DNA from: a virus
Lineage: Duplodnaviria; Caudoviricetes
Reading direction: 5' to 3' (one strand)
DNA: 64,000 nt
IMG/VR virus record: IMGVR_UViG_2869891414_000007
Span: 17,253-81,252 of that record
This document shows, in pieces, positions 58,684 through 64,000 of the stretch; position 1 is the first letter of the stretch; each line of letters opens with the position of its first letter. The notes below the pieces were generated by a model. That model saw only the letters and a program-made list of their open reading frames with translations. It ran no database searches and was not told where the DNA came from. The translations under genes and the position numbers were made by a program.

Positions 58684-58704
58684 AAAAAAACCCACCGAAG
58701 TGGG
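58684..58704 (-). terminator. Rho-independent terminator forming the intron target
   Basis: cccac-ttcg-gtggg followed by T7 on the minus strand. Confidence 0.85.
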
Positions 58705-58827
58705 CTTCTTTACCCCGGGTCACCGACCAAAGTTAACCGGGAATTGCTAACGGGGACCAACCCGTTAACAGAGGCAAGACCAACGGCTTACGCCATCGAC
58801 CTTAAAACTAGTATATCAGGAGTTGCT

Positions 58828-59163
58828 ATGACAGCACTACAGATAACCACCACGCTCTATATTCATGTTAATCCGCATTCGGCATTGAAAGATAACCGCT
58901 TTATTGTGTGTACCTGTGACATGTCACAGTCCGCGCCAGCCTATGCGTTACTCGAAACCCGCGAAATCACGTTGGCGTTCGACGAACCCGATCCATTTGA
59001 AATCATCAGTAAGCAGGTTGATTCACTACGCGCTCAAAAGGAGCGGCTGGCGGCGGAATCATATCGACATCAGTTGCTAATTGATGATCAAATTCAGGCG
59101 TTGCTCTGTATAGAGCATACCACCTCATCAAGCGTTACAGACGATAACGACATTCCTTTTTAA
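58828..59163 (+). CDS. early-region hypothetical protein
   Basis: AGGAG RBS then MTALQ; the ORF track's longer 5' part is intron sequence. Confidence 0.72.
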   Translation: MTALQITTTLYIHVNPHSALKDNRFIVCTCDMSQSAPAYALLETREITLAFDEPDPFEIISKQVDSLRAQKERLAAESYRHQLLIDDQIQALLCIEHTTSSSVTDDNDIPF

Positions 59164-59185
59164 TTCCATATATGGGGACCTAGCC

Positions 59186-59434
59186 ATGACAACAATCAAG
59201 GCCGCTATTGATCATGTTATTGCTGCGGGGCTGTCTGTTCTTGAACACGAAAATAATTCAGATACCAGCACTGGCACGATGCATATAACCATTGTGGGTG
59301 GTAAACGCCGTGTTGAATTTTACCCCTCGACCGGAACAGCTTATTCAAATGCTGTTAAGGGGCAATTTAAAGCGGCAAGACTTCCGAAAGCAGGAATTAG
59401 GGCAGCTATAAAGCTAGCTATGTCCGGCAATTAA
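59186..59434 (+). CDS. early-region hypothetical protein
   Basis: RBS gggga; RRVEFYPSTGT. Confidence 0.65.
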   Translation: MTTIKAAIDHVIAAGLSVLEHENNSDTSTGTMHITIVGGKRRVEFYPSTGTAYSNAVKGQFKAARLPKAGIRAAIKLAMSGN

Positions 59435-59454
59435 ACCAAAGAGGCAAGACCAAC

Positions 59455-61656
59455 ATGACTGTATTTATTTGTTTATTCGAGCCGAAAAAAGCGGCGCTCA
59501 AAAATGGGGCTATACCACTTGTTATTGCTCTGGAAGCCATAAATAAGAAAATGGCATCGGCACTGGCCATCGGTAAATTGTGGGAGGCCTACCCCGCCGC
59601 CGGTGATAACTTTACAGATCCAAAAATCTGTGAGGATACTATCGGGCAACCGCGCCCGGTTGTGGGTGATTTCGATGAGCAGTTCGCCCAGGATAATACC
59701 TTTGATGGCAAGGTGTGGACGCCAAATAGCGTGGCATCGCCAGAGGATGAGGATGATAACGACGGCGACGAACAGGGTGATAATTCAGACTTAGTGAACT
59801 ACGCCAAGCTAGGGATTGATGTCAAAGTTGGCAAGATCCTAATGTATGAGTTGCGTGACATCGATACGCACGAACTATCGCTAGTGTATGACCTGATTAA
59901 CGACGACGAGGGTGACGCCGGGCTACGTTCAATTATAACGGCATTGGCAGGCATACCGGCTATCGGCGCGATGTATCAGGAGTCAGTCAAAGAGCTGATC
60001 GATGCTATTAATGTGAAGTTCCCTAAAATCCCTCAATTCCCTGAGGTACAGAAGTTTGCCCAAAAATGGGTTGATGAACCTAATAAACGGGACGAATTAA
60101 CCGGGGCGAAAAAAGTTACCCGCATAACCACACCTGATCCGGATGCGCCAATTAAGCGCGGCTTTGATCACACCTATAAAACCCTCGATCTCGAAGTTGC
60201 CCTCGCCTTAGTACCTGCAGATTTTAATTGCTGGGAAATCCACTCAGCAGAAATGAGGCAGGCAAAAGAGCTGATGGACAGTAATGATGATGCTTGGCGT
60301 AAATGGTCAACCGAATTGCGTGTTCGTAGCGATGCGTTATCTATCCCGCGTGAAACCATCTTTGAGATGATCCGCGCCGGTAAAGAGAAACCTATTTTCC
60401 TAACCGATGCCGCCGCCCGAAAAGAATTTATCTCACAATGTATCGCCGTCAAAGGGCCGCGGCCCGCGGTTAAAAATTTAGGTGACGGTAAGTTCTCGAT
60501 TGATGGTCTGGTCGGTGGTGAACCCCAACCGGCGGCAAACAGTGAAACAAAACTAGCCCTGGTTGCCAATGCTGAGCCAGAAACCGAAACAAAACCGCCA
60601 ATTATTGCAACAGAACCGGAAAACACTGCACAGGAAGCTATCACCGATAACGCTGCTCAGCAGGCTAAAGATACGCTGGATCAGTTAGGTTATGGCGTTT
60701 ATGCCTCAGTTGATGAGAAGCTGGCAGAAGTTATTGAGGCGGCGCAGCAAAGCGCCGTTGCTACCGTTGAAGTTACTGCTGACGAATTCCAACACCGTGC
60801 AGGCTTGATTGAACGGGAGATTGCGCAGAAGTCCCCTGAAGAACAGGAAAACCTGCATATCTGGAAATCGGTACAACGCACAGATCCACGCTTTACCAAA
60901 CCTGTAGAGGGTGCGGGATATGTTGCTACCAGCATTAACGCTGAATATATGTTTATGCGGGCCACGGAAGTATTCGGCCCCATTGGTGAGGGCTGGGGCT
61001 ACACCATTCTTGAAGATAAAATGCTTTCAGGCGCACCAATGTCCGAGGCGATTTACGACGATAACAAAAAATACATTGGTAATCGGCTTATTCGTGATGC
61101 CGATGGCACATTGCTATGCGAACAAAATCACTCGATCAAAATTCAATTCTGGTACTCAGTTGAGGGGGATGTGCGCGGTGAGATCGAAAGCTACGGAGCC
61201 ACCCCTTACATGTATAAAACCAATAAAGGAATTAAGGCAGATAGCGAGGTAATCAAAAAAAGCCTCACTGACGCTATTAAGAAAGCGCTATCAATGCTGG
61301 GCTTTAGCGCCGACGTATGGCTCGGAATGCACGATAACCCCGAATATCTGGCAGAAAATAACATCGAGTTCGCTATCAAAAATGCCAGTGAAAAAGCCGG
61401 TGACACCGTTCGCCTGCGCAAAGAGCTGGATGAGAAATTAACCAAAGTCGGCAATACCATTTCGAATGCCGTCACTACCAATGAAGTGAGTAAAATATAC
61501 GGCACTATTGCCCGCGAAGTTGATGTCCATCGCAAAGATGCCGAAGCCAAAGCCGATCACCAACACGCCAATTACCTCAAAACCCGATTGCTTGCATTAC
61601 ACCGCTTAACTGAAAAACGGGTTGCCGAACTTACCGCACAGGAGCAATCAGCATGA
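59455..61656 (+). CDS. RecE/ExoVIII-like N-terminal region fused to a Rad52/Sak-like single-strand annealing domain
   Basis: N-terminus and YKTLDLEVALAL resemble Rac/Gifsy RecE; C-terminal RATEVFGP.G.GWG and KKSLTDAIKKALS.LG are Rad52-like. Confidence 0.72.
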   Translation: MTVFICLFEPKKAALKNGAIPLVIALEAINKKMASALAIGKLWEAYPAAGDNFTDPKICEDTIGQPRPVVGDFDEQFAQDNTFDGKVWTPNSVASPEDEDDNDGDEQGDNSDLVNYAKLGIDVKVGKILMYELRDIDTHELSLVYDLINDDEGDAGLRSIITALAGIPAIGAMYQESVKELIDAINVKFPKIPQFPEVQKFAQKWVDEPNKRDELTGAKKVTRITTPDPDAPIKRGFDHTYKTLDLEVALALVPADFNCWEIHSAEMRQAKELMDSNDDAWRKWSTELRVRSDALSIPRETIFEMIRAGKEKPIFLTDAAARKEFISQCIAVKGPRPAVKNLGDGKFSIDGLVGGEPQPAANSETKLALVANAEPETETKPPIIATEPENTAQEAITDNAAQQAKDTLDQLGYGVYASVDEKLAEVIEAAQQSAVATVEVTADEFQHRAGLIEREIAQKSPEEQENLHIWKSVQRTDPRFTKPVEGAGYVATSINAEYMFMRATEVFGPIGEGWGYTILEDKMLSGAPMSEAIYDDNKKYIGNRLIRDADGTLLCEQNHSIKIQFWYSVEGDVRGEIESYGATPYMYKTNKGIKADSEVIKKSLTDAIKKALSMLGFSADVWLGMHDNPEYLAENNIEFAIKNASEKAGDTVRLRKELDEKLTKVGNTISNAVTTNEVSKIYGTIAREVDVHRKDAEAKADHQHANYLKTRLLALHRLTEKRVAELTAQEQSA

Positions 61657-62153
61657 GCAACACCGCAATCGCATTAGCCGCAGACCTTTTTAAACTGCAA
61701 CAGTTGGTTGAGTCCTCCGAAGAACTCACGCCAGAAATGATCGCCGATACGCTAGAGGGTTTAGAGGGTGCTTTGGGGGATAAGCTAGATGCAACCTATG
61801 TCTTTGTCCGTAATTTAGAGGGGCAGGCTAAAACCTGTGATGAAGAGGCGAAACGCCTGGCTGACCGTAAGCGGTCATTTGAGAACCGGGCTAAATCGAT
61901 CAAACAGTATGTGCTCAGCTGTTTATTAGCCGCAGATATGAACACGTTGAAAACGCCGTACAACACATTCACCGCGCGAAAAGGTGTGGCCAGTGTGGTG
62001 ATCGACAACGAGGATTTGTTGCCAAGTGAATTGGTGACAGTGCAAACCATCGTAGCCCCCGATAAAAAAGCCATCAAAGAAGCCATAGAGAATGGCGTTG
62101 ATGTTAAAGGGGCGCATATCGAGATAGGTAGTCGTAGCCTGCAAGTTCGCTAA
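61653..62153 (+). CDS. siphovirus Gp157-family protein
   Basis: DTLEGLEG, EEAKRL..RK, PDKKAIKEAI.NG..V.GA.I...SL.VR. Confidence 0.88.
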   Translation: MSNTAIALAADLFKLQQLVESSEELTPEMIADTLEGLEGALGDKLDATYVFVRNLEGQAKTCDEEAKRLADRKRSFENRAKSIKQYVLSCLLAADMNTLKTPYNTFTARKGVASVVIDNEDLLPSELVTVQTIVAPDKKAIKEAIENGVDVKGAHIEIGSRSLQVR

Positions 62154-62198
62154 TTTCATTCAGCCCCGGACCAACGGGGCATTATTGAGGCCAGACCC

Positions 62199-62372
62199 AT
62201 GCTAAAGCGTACCCACAAGCGCGGCGAAAAGTCCTATATCACGTTACCTGATGGGCGAACGGGAACTATCCATACCGATCGCCGTTGTGATGTTCACTAC
62301 GATTTTCCGACAGATGTTCGGATTAGCAGCACACCACCGCAGCCAATCGTTGAAAAGGAGGTCAACCAATGA
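62199..62372 (+). CDS. 57-aa small protein with CsrA-like pattern (not in ORF track)
   Basis: MLKRTHKRGEKSYITLPDG...FPTDVRIS; RBS gagg. Confidence 0.55.
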   Translation: MLKRTHKRGEKSYITLPDGRTGTIHTDRRCDVHYDFPTDVRISSTPPQPIVEKEVNQ

Positions 62373-62524
62373 TCCGCCCTCAACTAGCCGTATTTTTTAT
62401 CACAGCAGGTACAGCCTTAATTTTTATCTATGGGGCCGAGGTTAGCGCAGTCGCTGCGTTTTCATTCGGTACCGGTTTGGCTATGGGGTGCTGGAGACAA
62501 AGAAAGGTACCAACCAAAAGTTGA
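62369..62524 (+). CDS. 51-aa hydrophobic membrane peptide (not in ORF track)
   Basis: Strong RBS aaggagg; ATGA coupling; MIRPQLAVFFITAGTALIFIYGAEVSAVAAFSFGTGLAMGCWRQRKVPTKS. Confidence 0.6.
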   Translation: MIRPQLAVFFITAGTALIFIYGAEVSAVAAFSFGTGLAMGCWRQRKVPTKS

Positions 62525-62538
62525 TTTTGCTTAATCAG
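62521..62538 (+). promoter_or_regulatory. CII/YdaT-type box, PI-like position
   Basis: TTGATT-N6-AATCAG, half-sites identical to 55600-55617, upstream of xis/int. Confidence 0.62.
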
Positions 62539-62593
62539 AAATAATCAGCCGGCCCCGCTAGCATGGTGGTAAACCAACACCAGGGAAATCACC

Positions 62594-62800
62594 ATGCAGC
62601 CATGGCAACCGGGCAAGCGCCTATTAACCGAGTTCGACATTAAGATCGGCAAATTATCAGCCAGCGTACGCAAACAACAACTCACCGACCAAGATATACA
62701 GCGGGCCTGCTCTGAAACCGACAGAGCGATAGGCCGCATGATACAGGGGCAAGACCATGAGAAACGACCACGACATAATCACCAAAGAGGAGATGATTGA
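62594..62800 (+). CDS. small phage hypothetical protein
   Basis: RBS aggga; overlaps xis. Confidence 0.6.
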   Translation: MQPWQPGKRLLTEFDIKIGKLSASVRKQQLTDQDIQRACSETDRAIGRMIQGQDHEKRPRHNHQRGDD

Positions 62801-62990
62801 GTTGACCGGGTATCATATCCCTTCAAAGCAATGTGAAGCACTTAAAAATGCTGGGATATTTTTTATAATCCGTAGAGATGGCCGTCCGCAAACTACATGG
62901 GGCCATTTTCAAGATCCCCTATCTCTTCGTCATACACCCAAAGCAGCGACTGAAATATCTGTTGAGCCTAACTTCGGAGCATTAGATTAA
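62757..62990 (+). CDS. excisionase-like protein (DUF4224-like)
   Basis: ELTGY..PSKQ...L...GI.F..RRDGRP; directly before int. Confidence 0.82.
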   Translation: MRNDHDIITKEEMIELTGYHIPSKQCEALKNAGIFFIIRRDGRPQTTWGHFQDPLSLRHTPKAATEISVEPNFGALD

Positions 62991-64000
62991 TGGGGAGAAA
63001 ACGCAGTAACCCACAAGACAACTGGATGCCTCCACGAACATGCAGGGGGCGTTCTGCATTTGAATTTAAGCCTAAGCTCGGGGGAACGATAAGGCTCTGC
63101 GGATTCGATGCCAGTCCGGCCCAAGTATGGGCAGCGTATGAGGCGTTAATAAATGATAAACAGAATGAAAATGTCTTTAATTGGCTTGTTAGTCGATTCT
63201 TTCTATCTGCCGATTTTATAGAGCTAGCTGTTGAGACACAGAAAGATTATCGGAAATATGCGGTAAAAGTATTATCCGTTTTCGGCGAGGTCCATCCAGA
63301 TACAATAAAACCTGAGCATATTCGCAAGTATATGGATAAGCGTGGCGTAAAAAGTCGCACTCAGGCTAACAGGGAAAAAGCCTTTACATCCCGTGTCTTT
63401 CGATGGGCCTATGAGAGAGGGATGGTGAAAATGAACCCATGCAAAGGCGTGAAGCAATTTAAAGAAACCAGCCGTACACGTTATATAACCAATAAAGAAT
63501 ACGATGCGCTTTATCAAGTTTCCCCGCCAGTGGTTCAGGTCGCAATGGAACTAGCATATTTATGCTGTGCACGACAAGCCGATATTTTAGGCATGAAGAA
63601 GAACCAACTAATTGATGATGGGATCTTAATACAACAAAGTAAAACGGGTATTTCTCAAATCAAAGCATGGGGACCGCGTTTAACCGCAGTTATAAAGCTC
63701 GCCAGTCAACTACCGTTAAACAGAGGAATGAGCAGCATCTTTGTTATCCACCAACAATCCGGTGCCAGATATACAAGAGATGGTTTTAATAGCCGATGGC
63801 TGAAAGCCAAAGCTGAGGCAAAAGAGAAGTATCCAGAATTAGAGTTTAATTTCACTTTTCACGATTTGAAGGCAAAAGGTATCTCTGATTTAAGCGGATC
63901 GCTTTACGAAAAACAGGCGATATCAGGACACAAGAATGCAGCTCAAACAGCACGATATGATCGTAAAATTGCGATAGTACCAGCGGTAGGAGACCAGTAA
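62990..64000 (+). CDS. int: tyrosine recombinase/integrase
   Basis: CCARQAD (R), FTFHDLKAK (H-x-x-K), SGHK, T..Y catalytic Tyr; stop at 63998-64000. Confidence 0.95.
   Translation: MGRKRSNPQDNWMPPRTCRGRSAFEFKPKLGGTIRLCGFDASPAQVWAAYEALINDKQNENVFNWLVSRFFLSADFIELAVETQKDYRKYAVKVLSVFGEVHPDTIKPEHIRKYMDKRGVKSRTQANREKAFTSRVFRWAYERGMVKMNPCKGVKQFKETSRTRYITNKEYDALYQVSPPVVQVAMELAYLCCARQADILGMKKNQLIDDGILIQQSKTGISQIKAWGPRLTAVIKLASQLPLNRGMSSIFVIHQQSGARYTRDGFNSRWLKAKAEAKEKYPELEFNFTFHDLKAKGISDLSGSLYEKQAISGHKNAAQTARYDRKIAIVPAVGDQ

Larger units (their letters stand above)
19067..64000. mobile_element. lambdoid-regulated contractile-tail prophage integrated in leuZ (second att beyond window end)
   Basis: int-xis-recombination-cI/cro/cII-O/DnaB-Q-lysis-terminase-head-tail-morons order; bounded by tRNA fragment. 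Confidence 0.94.

Noticed and set aside
58247-58827. ORFs 58247-58750 and the 5' part of 58552-59163
   Set aside because: They are read through intron RNA domains; the real gene starts at 58828 after AGGAG

Overview
The whole window is phage DNA: two prophages in tandem in an enterobacterial chromosome (probably Yersinia-like, an inference), joined at a 55-bp 3' fragment of tRNA-Leu(TAA)/leuZ (19012-19066). Left (1-19011): the late half of a P2/186-like myovirus prophage, from terminase P through O N M L X, lysis, R S, V W J I H G, FI FII E/E' T U D to ogr. It has three Ogr boxes and integrase arm-type repeats. Its S-V slot holds a type VI-like retron: promoter, structured RNA, a 54-aa small ORF missed by the ORF track whose RBS and AUG lie inside a long hairpin, an XRE-HTH gene and a retron RT. 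Right (19067-64000, integrase at the right edge): a near-complete lambdoid-regulated, contractile-tailed prophage (DUF1073 portal, DUF2184 capsid, DUF3383 sheath). It carries an Ec48-like type IV retron in the nin region, an intact class C group II intron antisense in the PL operon, a Mu mom-like gene without com, and a RecE-N/Rad52-like fusion. It also has paired CII/YdaT-type boxes and, next to att, a stack of moron cassettes bounded by repeated terminators: a LexA-boxed dinI pair, an IS911-like remnant, two paralogous beta-rich proteins plus a papain-like protease, and DUF4225 plus a membrane protein. The window thus has three unrelated reverse transcriptases. All family assignments come from motif recognition and recall; no database searches were run.
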